The notes: a model not told the origin generated them from the sequence alone. 64,000 nt of DNA from a virus (IMGVR_UViG_3300049988_000124:224001-288000); one strand, 5' to 3'; positions 35,733 to 44,161 are shown, counted from the first letter of the stretch. A program made the numbers and translations.

Positions 35733-35793
35733 ACAAAAAATTTAACCTGACCAGATGGGTCTAATGAGAGAGCCTTTTGGGCTCTCTCATTAG
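35733..35793 (-). terminator. Hairpin terminator with displaced U-tract
   Basis: ctaatgagagagcc/ggctctctcattag at 35761-35793. ACAAAAAA at 35733-35740. Confidence 0.75.
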
Positions 35794-35803
35794 AGTTATG
35801 GGT

Positions 35804-36880
35804 TTATGCTAGCTTCTCGAGGTAGAAGTCAACGAACCTGGAAAGGTGATGAGCTTCTCTTGCTTTAGAAGTGTCGGTCATGGCATTCATCACGAGGGTG
35901 ACAAACTCCTTGTTGATGTTGTAGTACCGCTCTACCTCATCTGGAATGTTGGTTAGGAAACCGACATACTGGTTCCATTCTTCCTTCCAGCGAGCATCGA
36001 TGATTTGTTTGATGCTCTTCATGAGGATTTTCAGGGGATCACTGTGGATCGTTGCCCTTACCTGTCCATCGTGGGATTCGAAATAGAAGAACGACTCACC
36101 AATAGTCTTAGTGATGAATCCGTTAACTTCATACGTTCCTGCAACTCCCTTATAAAGGAGTCCATCGTAGGTGACCTCATTGAAGAGATCTACGTCCAAT
36201 GGGTAGCCGTTATTGCCGCGCAGGTGAACGTTGAATTGTTCAGTGATACTGAGCGGTTCTTTGAAGGTTGCAAGGTAGAAGGAGAAGTATTTGTCAGGCA
36301 ATTCCTGTCCCGCAACAAGTCCTGTTTCCGACCCCGTCAGAGGCTCCATCTTGGTGAGGCTTGGTACCTTGATCAAGACGGTCTGGTTATCGAACCAAGC
36401 GGGGAACCTGAGCTCTCGAGGATCGTAATTATCGAGACTTCCTCCTCCCTGGAAAAAAGCCTCGTTCTTGAAGATGATTCCCTTACTCAGCGTATTCTGC
36501 CTAGTCCGGTGGACGTCGGTCATCATCACCATCCGCACCAGCTCACCTTCACCGTTGGTGATACGCAGGACGTGGTTGTTGGCACCGAACATGGAAGTGA
36601 TCGTGTAGTTCTCGAACCTTCCTGATCCCTTGATGGACTTACGTAGACCGGGTGACGCCTTAATCATCATCTCGGTAACATCCATCCAATTCTTCTCATC
36701 GACCACGTAGTCCGACGGGGTCGTGGTAGTGAGACGCATGATGGTCTCACCACTGGGCTCGATCAGATAGATGTTGGTGCGATAAGCATTCTCTCGCCGG
36801 AACTCTAGATGAAGTTCCTGGACGTCCCCATCAATGTGAGTCTTTGAAACTCGGGCTCCGTAGATGCCTTGCGTTTGCAT
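35804..36880 (-). CDS. Hypothetical protein, paralogue family member A
   Basis: 358 aa. Shares VDEKNW and FFYFESHDGQVRATI patterns with 39609..40595. Confidence 0.75.
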   Translation of the reverse strand: MQTQGIYGARVSKTHIDGDVQELHLEFRRENAYRTNIYLIEPSGETIMRLTTTTPSDYVVDEKNWMDVTEMMIKASPGLRKSIKGSGRFENYTITSMFGANNHVLRITNGEGELVRMVMMTDVHRTRQNTLSKGIIFKNEAFFQGGGSLDNYDPRELRFPAWFDNQTVLIKVPSLTKMEPLTGSETGLVAGQELPDKYFSFYLATFKEPLSITEQFNVHLRGNNGYPLDVDLFNEVTYDGLLYKGVAGTYEVNGFITKTIGESFFYFESHDGQVRATIHSDPLKILMKSIKQIIDARWKEEWNQYVGFLTNIPDEVERYYNINKEFVTLVMNAMTDTSKAREAHHLSRFVDFYLEKLA

Positions 36881-36945
36881 GGTATTTCCTTATGGGTTTT
36901 TAGGTTAAGGTCGATCAGCGTAGACGTATCGTACTGATCAATAGG

Positions 36946-36986
36946 GTAATATAGCGATGAGGAAGATTTGATAAATACTTTTGAAA
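36946..36986 (-). promoter_or_regulatory. Early promoter TCAA-N14-TATATTAC with extended upstream element
   Basis: gtaatatagcga at 36946 and ttgataaatacttttgaaa at 36968-36986. Confidence 0.8.
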
Positions 36987-37002
36987 TTTGAGGGGGGCTA
37001 GT

Positions 37003-37443
37003 ATGATCTATTTATCTTTTCACCCCTATGGACCGACTACCATGATTCCTGTGTATCAGTCTAAGTTTATCCACATCGATGGTATGGGAGATTGTTTCAA
37101 TGCTTGTGTCGCTTCTATTCTTGAGCTACCTATCAGAGACGTCAGCGAGGTTCTACCAGACTCTCCTGGGGTCTGGTATCGTAATTGGCAGAAGTTTCTA
37201 AAGACTAAAGGATATGAGCTAGAGGTCTGCAGTTTGGATGATCCGCCCTCTGGGTACAGTATCTTGTCTGTTGAGACCGAGAAGCAGTTTCCAGAAGGTC
37301 ACGCGCTTGCCGGACAATATGTCATTCACGCTTGTGTAGCGTTTGGTGGATCGATTGTTCATGATCCTTATCCCATTAACGTCAGTATCAGACGACTCCT
37401 TTATTACCACACCCTAACCCCTATTTCTCTTTCCACAACCTAA
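37003..37443 (+). CDS. Papain-fold/C39-like protein, paralogue 2
   Basis: MIPVYQ...GDCFNACVASILELP...HACVAFGGSIVHDPYP, colinear with 34152..34607. Confidence 0.6.
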   Translation: MIYLSFHPYGPTTMIPVYQSKFIHIDGMGDCFNACVASILELPIRDVSEVLPDSPGVWYRNWQKFLKTKGYELEVCSLDDPPSGYSILSVETEKQFPEGHALAGQYVIHACVAFGGSIVHDPYPINVSIRRLLYYHTLTPISLSTT

Positions 37444-37461
37444 CGTAAAGACCATGCCGTC

Positions 37462-37746
37462 ATGTGTTTAAACATTTCATTGGTAACCCAGGACTTGAGT
37501 GCAGACCATCCTCGCTGGAATGATGCCAGCATGCACGGGGATAAGCTCATTGGTAAGTTACTGGCTCTTCCGTGCATCACCCACCGAATCGATGATACCA
37601 CCAGTGTGTGGCGACCTGAGGACTTCTCGCAGTGGCGCGCACTAGTGAATAGTTGGCCCCAGGACCGGGGTAATAGTGATCGCTTTCCACACATGCTCAA
37701 TATCCTGGAAGAAGATCAGGATTATTGGATCTATCTTTCTACGTGA
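37462..37746 (+). CDS. Hypothetical protein
   Basis: 94 aa ending before a terminator. Confidence 0.6.
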   Translation: MCLNISLVTQDLSADHPRWNDASMHGDKLIGKLLALPCITHRIDDTTSVWRPEDFSQWRALVNSWPQDRGNSDRFPHMLNILEEDQDYWIYLST

Positions 37747-37769
37747 TCTTTTCTACATACATCTGTTAG

Positions 37770-37803
37770 CTATACTCCTCTCCCGTGTGGGAGAGGAGTA
37801 TAG
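37770..37803. terminator. Bidirectional hairpin terminator (pyrimidine arm first)
   Basis: ctatactcctctccc/gggagaggagtatag 15-bp stem between convergent genes. Confidence 0.8.
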
Positions 37804-37813
37804 GGTTTATGGG

Positions 37814-38821
37814 TTACTTACTGTCAGCTAGTTCTTCGCGGCGGCGCGAGATTCTCTCCAGCATCTGGATACTATCACTAACGATAGCTTTCTCTCGCTC
37901 TTTACCTTCGTAATTGGTGGTGCACCTAGCTAACCACTCTGAGTAAGTGAGTTCGATAGGTCTACGCTCGTCAGTGGGTAGATCTTTTAAACTATCAAAA
38001 ACAGCTTGCATGGCTGACATCACCACGTCTTTGATAACGGTGATAATTAGCTCGCTACTCGGTGTTCTCAGATACCAGAAACCTGATGGATGTTCTACCT
38101 TGATTAAACGATTGGGATCGTATCGTCCTGGATGTCCAGCAAAATTACTAGGGTAGCTGTAATAGGATTTGGTTAGGAGGAGTTGCCTGGCGCTGATTTC
38201 TTTTGGGGTTGGTGTATGAACAAAAGGAATCGAGTAAACGTTGTTCTCATCTTCTCTCCGTTTGAAAGAAATCTCCAATCCAGTTTCATCAATACCCGCT
38301 ACCCAAGGGGTATGTTGGAAGCCTGAGGGACTTCTGACAATTAGGAGTTCTGGTACACTGTGCCGAATGGGCTCACCAATCCAACTCTCACCATGCGAGG
38401 TGAAATGGAAGGGAGGACTGTTATGTTTTTGGATAACAAAGTACCTACAGCCTACCGCTCGCTTCGTGGTAAGAGAGAACGAGAGGTATGAATTTTCGAG
38501 ATTGTCTACCACAACGGTACGGTCGTATGGACTATGCCCCTCGAGTACTCCGGTTTTACCAAAGTTACTGACAATATATTCCATCAGATCAATCACATTG
38601 CTCTCATCAACAGTCATGTTGAATGGAGCAGGAAGATAAATCTGAGCAGCAATTTTATCTGCTTTGTCAGATTCTGGATTTGAGAACACAACGTTGTGTT
38701 TGGGCCAATCTTTCTGAACTGCCTCCATTCCGTCGACTGACTTGTACACACTAACTGATACCGGAAAAAGCGCCTGCTTATCCTTAGGGCCGTCCTTGAT
38801 AACTCCGTACAGATGTGACAC
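37814..38821 (-). CDS. Hypothetical protein, paralogue family member B
   Basis: 335 aa. PFNMTVDESN and FWYLRT...IITVIKD patterns are shared with members A and C. Confidence 0.72.
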   Translation of the reverse strand: MSHLYGVIKDGPKDKQALFPVSVSVYKSVDGMEAVQKDWPKHNVVFSNPESDKADKIAAQIYLPAPFNMTVDESNVIDLMEYIVSNFGKTGVLEGHSPYDRTVVVDNLENSYLSFSLTTKRAVGCRYFVIQKHNSPPFHFTSHGESWIGEPIRHSVPELLIVRSPSGFQHTPWVAGIDETGLEISFKRREDENNVYSIPFVHTPTPKEISARQLLLTKSYYSYPSNFAGHPGRYDPNRLIKVEHPSGFWYLRTPSSELIITVIKDVVMSAMQAVFDSLKDLPTDERRPIELTYSEWLARCTTNYEGKEREKAIVSDSIQMLERISRRREELADSK

Positions 38822-38901
38822 GGTAATTTCCTTTACTCATAATGGACCATTCGTCCACATCATCGAAGAACACTGGTTAGAAAATAAATCCACGATTAGT
38901 C

Positions 38902-38910
38902 TGTTATACT
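38902..38910 (+). promoter_or_regulatory. Possible extended -10 (TGnTATACT) upstream of tRNA genes
   Basis: tgttatact ends 7 nt before the tRNA-Ser 5' end. Confidence 0.35.
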
Positions 38911-38917
38911 GTGCAGC

Positions 38918-39007
38918 GGAAGTGTGGCTGAGCGGTCGAAGGCTCCCGACTTGAAATCGGGCGTACCTTTGCGGGTATCCAGGGTTCGAATCCCTGCGCT
39001 TCCGCCA
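38918..39007 (+). tRNA. tRNA-Ser(UGA)
   Basis: Acceptor GGAAGTG/CGCTTCC, anticodon arm cccga-cTTGAaa-tcggg with anticodon TGA at 38952-38954, long variable arm, GGTTCGAATCC, discriminator G and encoded CCA. Confidence 0.97.
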
Positions 39008-39031
39008 ACAAATTTACCTAGGGTCTTTTAT

Positions 39032-39220
39032 ATGCAAGTCACCGAAGATCAGCTCCAGACACTAGCAGAGCGTTTCTGCGCTGCGCCTCTTCCCAAGAGC
39101 GTGTGCAGTGATGGATGCGTTACTGATCCCAATTATCCCCATCCCCGCTTCGGTACCAATCTACTGACCGTGGCTGAGGCTAAGGAAGTACTCAGGGAGA
39201 CCTTGAAGGATCCTCTCTGA
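39032..39220 (+). CDS. Small hypothetical protein between the tRNAs
   Basis: 62 aa from the ATG at 39032 (MQVTEDQL...GTNLLTVAEAKEVL). Confidence 0.6.
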   Translation: MQVTEDQLQTLAERFCAAPLPKSVCSDGCVTDPNYPHPRFGTNLLTVAEAKEVLRETLKDPL

Positions 39221-39229
39221 GATCAACCC

Positions 39230-39317
39230 GGACAGGTGGGTGAGTGGTTTAAACCAACGCTTTGCTAAAGCGTCGTACCTCCGGGTACCCCGAGTTCGAA
39301 TCTCGGTCTGTCCGCCA
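39230..39317 (+). tRNA. tRNA-Ser(GCU)
   Basis: Acceptor GGACAGG/TCTGTCC, anticodon arm acgct-ttGCTaa-agcgt with anticodon at 39264-39266, long variable arm, GAGTTCGAATCTC, discriminator G and CCA. Confidence 0.97.
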
Positions 39318-39343
39318 TACTTCTCAAACAAGGAGCATGACCC

Positions 39344-39541
39344 ATGGAAGTCGTCGTCATGGTGTTCTGGGTCATAGCGGTATTTTGTTGGTTGTTCAAC
39401 GCTTCAGGTTTTGCGCTGGGTCATACCTACGATTACCAAACCAGGCGTCGAACTCACCACGGTACCAAAACGATGTTCTGGACAACAGTGCTCGTGGTCA
39501 TGTATTACATACCCTGGCAATCCTGGGGTATCTTTGCGTAA
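39344..39541 (+). CDS. Small two-TM membrane protein
   Basis: 65 aa with two hydrophobic segments and RBS aaggag. Confidence 0.65.
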   Translation: MEVVVMVFWVIAVFCWLFNASGFALGHTYDYQTRRRTHHGTKTMFWTTVLVVMYYIPWQSWGIFA

Positions 39542-39551
39542 CGTCTTTTTC

Positions 39552-39602
39552 ACAAAAAAGAAACAGGTTATAGAGAGGGAGGCATCAGCCTCCCTCTCTA
39601 TA
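39552..39602. terminator. Bidirectional hairpin terminator with ACAAAAAAGAAAC element
   Basis: tatagagagggaggc/gcctccctctctata at 39569-39602. Motif at 39552-39564. Confidence 0.8.
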
Positions 39603-39608
39603 GTGCCT

Positions 39609-40595
39609 TTATTGTATCTTGGTCATCACGTCATCAGATTCGATCAGCTCGATTACTTTCAAAAGAGTTTTCCGGTCATTACTGGCCAGTATTCCACCCA
39701 AGATGTAATCAACTAGAATTCTCGAATACTGAATCTCCACTCTCTGCGCTCTCTCAGACTGACCAATCTTAACCAGATCTTCAGTAAACCACCGCAGTGC
39801 CTTGTACGCTATAGACACCGGATTTTTTTGAAGGGTAAGGATGACCTTCCCATCACCTGACTTGAAATATTCGAAATTACCAAACTGGTAAGGAATGAGT
39901 GCTCTATCCAGGGAGAGTGAGCGATGCTCATATTCTTCCTTATTCAAGAAGTAATGCCCGCCAAGTAGGGAACTTTCAACTCCATCCAGAATGAATCGCA
40001 CTTCTTCCTTGGGTGTAAAACGTTCACGTCGGTGGGCAAAGTAAGCACCATCATCCACGACGGCATCGTTCATGTTGGTCACCAATATTCCTCGATTGTT
40101 GTAAACAATCATTTGGTTCTTGGTTGTCGAGTACTCACTGGGATGAGACACGACAAGTCCGTTGGGGTGATTGCGATACTTCGTTCGAGCTTTTGCTGGT
40201 CGATCTATGATCAGCGCGATCGATTCAGAGCCAGTATTAATCTCGAAGTAGAATCGACCAATTGTGGGGTGTGATTTAATCGAGACTACGTTGTGTCGGT
40301 AGGCGTTCTTGAAATGCTTCTTCATTCCACCTTCTTGGACGTAGAGATTCAAGTACAAGTAAGACGCCCAATTGGACTCGTCAATCTCTACACCAAAAGG
40401 GTGATAAACAGGAATCTCACAAAGAAACTTGTGGTTACTAGAGGCATCATGTTCCTTTGCTCGACTCAACTGCACATAAGTAACATCATTATTCTTGACC
40501 TGGTGGAGGACATCCACTATCACATCAAACAAACCATTAATGTGAGTACCGTTTTGGTCTTCAACGATGTAGCTAGCTTGAGTAACGATCGTCAT
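39609..40595 (-). CDS. Hypothetical protein, paralogue family member C
   Basis: 328 aa with PFGVEIDESNW and FEYFKSGDGKVILTL. Confidence 0.75.
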   Translation of the reverse strand: MTIVTQASYIVEDQNGTHINGLFDVIVDVLHQVKNNDVTYVQLSRAKEHDASSNHKFLCEIPVYHPFGVEIDESNWASYLYLNLYVQEGGMKKHFKNAYRHNVVSIKSHPTIGRFYFEINTGSESIALIIDRPAKARTKYRNHPNGLVVSHPSEYSTTKNQMIVYNNRGILVTNMNDAVVDDGAYFAHRRERFTPKEEVRFILDGVESSLLGGHYFLNKEEYEHRSLSLDRALIPYQFGNFEYFKSGDGKVILTLQKNPVSIAYKALRWFTEDLVKIGQSERAQRVEIQYSRILVDYILGGILASNDRKTLLKVIELIESDDVMTKIQ

Positions 40596-40648
40596 TTGTT
40601 CGCTCCTGATTTAGCGAGTTTATACCAAGCTTCATTCTTGGCATAAGA

Positions 40649-40691
40649 GTAATATAGCGATAGGTGAGACTTGATAAATACCATTTTGAAA
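40649..40691 (-). promoter_or_regulatory. Early promoter TCAA-N14-TATATTAC with extended upstream element
   Basis: gtaatatagcga at 40649 and ttgataaataccattttgaaa at 40671-40691. Confidence 0.8.
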
Positions 40692-40758
40692 AAGGCCCAT
40701 CAGGGCTTCATTGGCGACTCTCTTATGATCCCTTGCAGCAACACCCAAAAGGCCTCCT

Positions 40759-41106
40759 ATGACCCTTTCCACTCGTCACATCAAGGCAATCATTGTCGGG
40801 GTAATCGCTATCGTTCTAGGATCAGTAGGTGGATCTATCTGGTACTTCAAGGATAACATCCGCACCGCTATCTATCGACCTTTCCGACAAGCCGCAACAC
40901 TGAGTCAAGCCAAGTCATCGCCTCCCACTCAGATTACCGTGAAGCAGACGCTTCTGAATGCACCAGTTACTAAGTCTACCCCTGAGATAGTCAGGGTAAC
41001 CAAGGTGCGCGAAGTTCACGTCGTCCAGCCAGTGATGACCAAGCGTAAGCTCAGTTCTTTTTGTAAGTATGACGCCTACAAGGATACACCCAGATGTCGA
41101 AAGTAA
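40759..41106 (+). CDS. Inner-membrane protein, i-spanin (Rz-like) candidate
   Basis: N-terminal TM, overlapping the start of a downstream lipoprotein gene. Confidence 0.5.
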   Translation: MTLSTRHIKAIIVGVIAIVLGSVGGSIWYFKDNIRTAIYRPFRQAATLSQAKSSPPTQITVKQTLLNAPVTKSTPEIVRVTKVREVHVVQPVMTKRKLSSFCKYDAYKDTPRCRK

Positions 41107-41423
41107 CACTCGCTGCTCTCCTGGTCGCCTCCCTTAGTCTCAGTGCGTGCGTCACTAGTCGCTATGAGATCCACTACACCAAGCCGTGTAGCACAGTGGT
41201 GCCCGATGACAACAAGAAGGCTGTACCCGGTGCTCCCCTCCCCACGATTGGTGATGGTGAGAACCTCCTGAAGTTCGGGGCTGATCAGACGGGTCAACTC
41301 GACAAGGCTAACAAGCTCAACCGGGACAATCTACAGATTGTCACCAAGTGTGAGGAACATGATCGCTCAGCAGTGATCGTTCCCAAGCAGAAGGTGATCG
41401 GCATCGCCATCAAGAAAAAATAA
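41094..41423 (+). CDS. Lipoprotein, o-spanin (Rz1-like) candidate
   Basis: Lipobox SLSA|C, a Pro-rich segment, and FG..QTGQLDKAN...IVTKCE with two periplasmic Cys. Confidence 0.6.
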   Translation: MSKVTLAALLVASLSLSACVTSRYEIHYTKPCSTVVPDDNKKAVPGAPLPTIGDGENLLKFGADQTGQLDKANKLNRDNLQIVTKCEEHDRSAVIVPKQKVIGIAIKKK

Positions 41424-41433
41424 AGCAGGTAAC

Positions 41434-41463
41434 AGTAGGGAGAGGCGAGTACCTCTCCCTACT
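41434..41463. terminator. Bidirectional hairpin terminator
   Basis: agtagggagagg/cctctccctact stem between convergent genes. Confidence 0.75.
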
Positions 41464-41471
41464 ACGTAGTG

Positions 41472-42335
41472 TTATCGTCCCTTGGACGGAGGAGGACTTC
41501 CAGGTATAGAAGCATGTTCGTATCCAGCTGCTATGGCAGCAAGAATGACCATCTTGACCTCTTCACCTGTTCCGTAAGGTACGTAGAACTTGATGTCTTG
41601 TCCCACGAAGTGAATCGTATCATCGATCGCAGCGGCGGGTGTGTTCTTGGTGACGATGTCGATACCGTTCAAGACTCTGGTACGGGTACCCTTCCTGATC
41701 CACAGACCACCTGTGTATTCGTCGTCAACGTTACTAAAGACTCTGGGACCTATACAGTCTTGCTCCATTGAGCTGGCATAAACTTCGTACCGACTTCCCT
41801 CTGGTGGAGGAATGATCTCGAAACCTCCTTTTCGGTACTTGCTGTACTCACTAACGTCGAAGACTAGGTTCATCGTACCATCATCGCGAACAATATTTAG
41901 TGAGTAATAAGTCTCACCTCGAAGAGCAACGGGACGACCCGGAATGACATTGAAGGCACCGTTCAGAGCAAGACTAATTGCGGTACTGAACCGAGTCTTG
42001 TACTTCTGACCATCTGCTCGATAGTAGGTAGCGTTGTATTCACGGATAATCATCACCGACAACCAGTCGCCTAGCCGCTGCGCGATGAACTGAAAACCTT
42101 CTACCTGACCTTTATGGTCGTTGTGAAGCTCTTGGAGAAGGGTGTCTCTCCGCTTGAGTACTTCATGTTCTTTCTCGAGAACAAGGTTACGAAGGTGAGT
42201 GGTGTAGTAATCTTCAGGAGGAGTGGGTTCCGGTTTCACCTCAGTGGTTGAGTCGGTAGATGAGGTGGGTTCTTGATTACGCGCTATCGAATCAATCTCT
42301 TTACCAGCACCGCGTAGACGATCAATCCAATTCAT
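41472..42335 (-). CDS. Hypothetical protein
   Basis: 287 aa with RBS aaagga. Confidence 0.7.
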   Translation of the reverse strand: MNWIDRLRGAGKEIDSIARNQEPTSSTDSTTEVKPEPTPPEDYYTTHLRNLVLEKEHEVLKRRDTLLQELHNDHKGQVEGFQFIAQRLGDWLSVMIIREYNATYYRADGQKYKTRFSTAISLALNGAFNVIPGRPVALRGETYYSLNIVRDDGTMNLVFDVSEYSKYRKGGFEIIPPPEGSRYEVYASSMEQDCIGPRVFSNVDDEYTGGLWIRKGTRTRVLNGIDIVTKNTPAAAIDDTIHFVGQDIKFYVPYGTGEEVKMVILAAIAAGYEHASIPGSPPPSKGR

Positions 42336-42357
42336 GGTTTTATCCTTTCCTTATTTC

Positions 42358-43020
42358 TCAAGTGAAGAGAGGGTATTCTTGCTTGGCACTCTCGCCACCC
42401 ATCTTCTCGCGAATGACGTTGTCCACCACTGCCATCACCGCGCCCTTCACGACCATCATGTCTTTGGTAAGCTTAGGTGGTTTTGGTTTCTGGGGATATT
42501 GGGAGTTGAGCTTGACCACGATCTCTAGAAGACTAAACCAGAGTAAGTCCTCACCCTTGTTCTGTTTGGACCAGTAAGCATTGATCTCTGCTCGAGAAGG
42601 TTCAGTGTAAAGGAAGCCGAGAAGTATGTCGCGGTCGGCGTTGGGTTCATCGCCAGATCCCCCATCGGTCATCCACCAACCAGATTGAAGACATACCGGA
42701 GTATATCCGATCGTGAGTTCATTGTTCTGATCAGGCTGAATGATTACCTTCCACACTCTTCCTTGGTGATCCACCAGGACGTAGCGCCTTAGTGGATGAT
42801 TAGCCCTTAGAACATCTGAGTGAACTGGAAACTCATCATCGGCTAATACGTGAAAAGGAACAGTGTTAGGGGTGAGAGGGTAGGCAAATCCGTAATGGGA
42901 GAAGAATATCTCCAGTGATGGTTTGGTGTAGTTGGTGGCAACACTCAGGGGACTGAGTTTTGGAGCGGGCTTAACGATAGCGAGAGACTCACAATCCCCG
43001 AAAATACGAAAGCCGGTCAT
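42358..43020 (-). CDS. Hypothetical protein
   Basis: 220 aa with an ATGA overlap with the upstream gene. Confidence 0.7.
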   Translation of the reverse strand: MTGFRIFGDCESLAIVKPAPKLSPLSVATNYTKPSLEIFFSHYGFAYPLTPNTVPFHVLADDEFPVHSDVLRANHPLRRYVLVDHQGRVWKVIIQPDQNNELTIGYTPVCLQSGWWMTDGGSGDEPNADRDILLGFLYTEPSRAEINAYWSKQNKGEDLLWFSLLEIVVKLNSQYPQKPKPPKLTKDMMVVKGAVMAVVDNVIREKMGGESAKQEYPLFT

Positions 43021-43637
43021 TCCTCTGTCTCCTCGGACTTGTGTGCCTTTGCTCGCCCTACTTTCATCTTCTCGTAGAGACCCTTATTCAGTAAGAGTGA
43101 TGAGATGGGAACAATCGTGTGTTCCTTAGAACTGTAATGATCGAGTTCGTGTAGGACTCTGAAGACGTCCTTGAGCTTCGGCGTACGCATAGCGAGACCG
43201 GCAGCGATCATTCCTCCAGTACCGATGCCAGCGTAATCACCGGCGATCCTGACTTGGAGTTGCTTATACTGACCAACGTACTTAACGACGAATCGATAGT
43301 AACGGTCAACGATGAACAATCGTCCATCGCGGTCGAAGACCTTCAGATAGTGATCGAGTATCTTCTTGTCGTCTAGTGGAATACCTCCGTTAGAGAAACC
43401 ACTATTCACGTGGTGAGCTAAAGCTAATGAGAAGATCGTGGCGACGAGATCCCAAGTCTCTTTCTCATTAACTCGCTCGGGGAGAAACTCACCACACAGA
43501 CCGATCATGAAGAATCGGTGAGGGGCCACGAAGATCTTCGGGTGATCAATGTCGACGACATACTTGTGTGGAAAATCTAGGTGAGTGACAGCATGGTCTG
43601 AGGCCATGTGCGTGGGGGTCAGGACCACGGTTGACAT
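43017..43637 (-). CDS. HslV/proteasome beta-subunit-like Ntn-hydrolase fold protein
   Basis: True start is the ATG at 43637 (RBS ggag). MSTVV..ASD, KIF, MIGLCG, YAGIGTGG and LD.YSS parallel TTI..AADS/KI/G.AG/IGSG/D..T of beta subunits. Confidence 0.6.
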   Translation of the reverse strand: MSTVVLTPTHMASDHAVTHLDFPHKYVVDIDHPKIFVAPHRFFMIGLCGEFLPERVNEKETWDLVATIFSLALAHHVNSGFSNGGIPLDDKKILDHYLKVFDRDGRLFIVDRYYRFVVKYVGQYKQLQVRIAGDYAGIGTGGMIAAGLAMRTPKLKDVFRVLHELDHYSSKEHTIVPISSLLLNKGLYEKMKVGRAKAHKSEETEE

Positions 43638-43722
43638 CGATGGTCTCCATATAGCTTGAGATAGGCTAAAGCCCTCTAGACGGCCTTGGAGGCCGTCTAG
43701 GAGGTACTCTAAGAAACAGGGA

Positions 43723-44046
43723 TCAGAAGTTGTTGGAAATCTCGAGCGGACGAGCGCAGCCGTTGCCAGCAGAACGCAGCGGTGCTGCCTTCTTGGGCGC
43801 TGCCTTCTCACCGACCTCCAGGGTGAAGGTACCATCGGTGGCACCGTCGATCGGCTTGATGGTGACCTGCGTATCCTTCTCGATACCCAGCGACTTGGCC
43901 GACTGCTCACCCAGCGAGATCTTGATGTTGGGCAGCGCGTCCAGTACGATGGACGACTTCTCATCGGGGTTCACCACCTTGGTGACGACGGTCTTGAACG
44001 ATGTGTCAAACGTGATGCCAGCGGCGCTGAGCGTGATCGACTTCAT
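43723..44046 (-). CDS. Hypothetical early protein
   Basis: 107 aa with strongly C/G-ending codons and RBS gaggga, first gene after the promoter at 44136. Confidence 0.8.
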   Translation of the reverse strand: MKSITLSAAGITFDTSFKTVVTKVVNPDEKSSIVLDALPNIKISLGEQSAKSLGIEKDTQVTIKPIDGATDGTFTLEVGEKAAPKKAAPLRSAGNGCARPLEISNNF

Positions 44047-44135
44047 GGTTAATGTCCCTCGGTTTGTTCTATATCAGACTAGCTGACAGAGTAACAATTT
44101 ATATACGACCAGATCGTGATTGCCTGATCATTCTG

Positions 44136-44161
44136 GTAATATAGCGATAGAAGCTTTATGA
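44136..44161 (-). promoter_or_regulatory. Early promoter TCAT-N14-TATATTAC
   Basis: gtaatatagcga at 44136 and atga at 44158-44161. Confidence 0.78.

Noticed and set aside
38924-39031. N-terminal extension of ORF 38924..39220, and ORF 39262..39573
   Set aside because: These read through tRNA genes. The credible starts are 39032 and 39344.
41472-43020. Membership of ORFs 41472..42335 and 42358..43020 in the A/B/C paralogue family
   Set aside because: The shared DExN and FxYF patterns were not found by eye.
43638-43964. N-terminal 109 aa of track ORF 43017..43964
   Set aside because: It is an Arg/Ser-rich out-of-frame shadow of gene 43723..44046. A better ATG with RBS exists at 43637.
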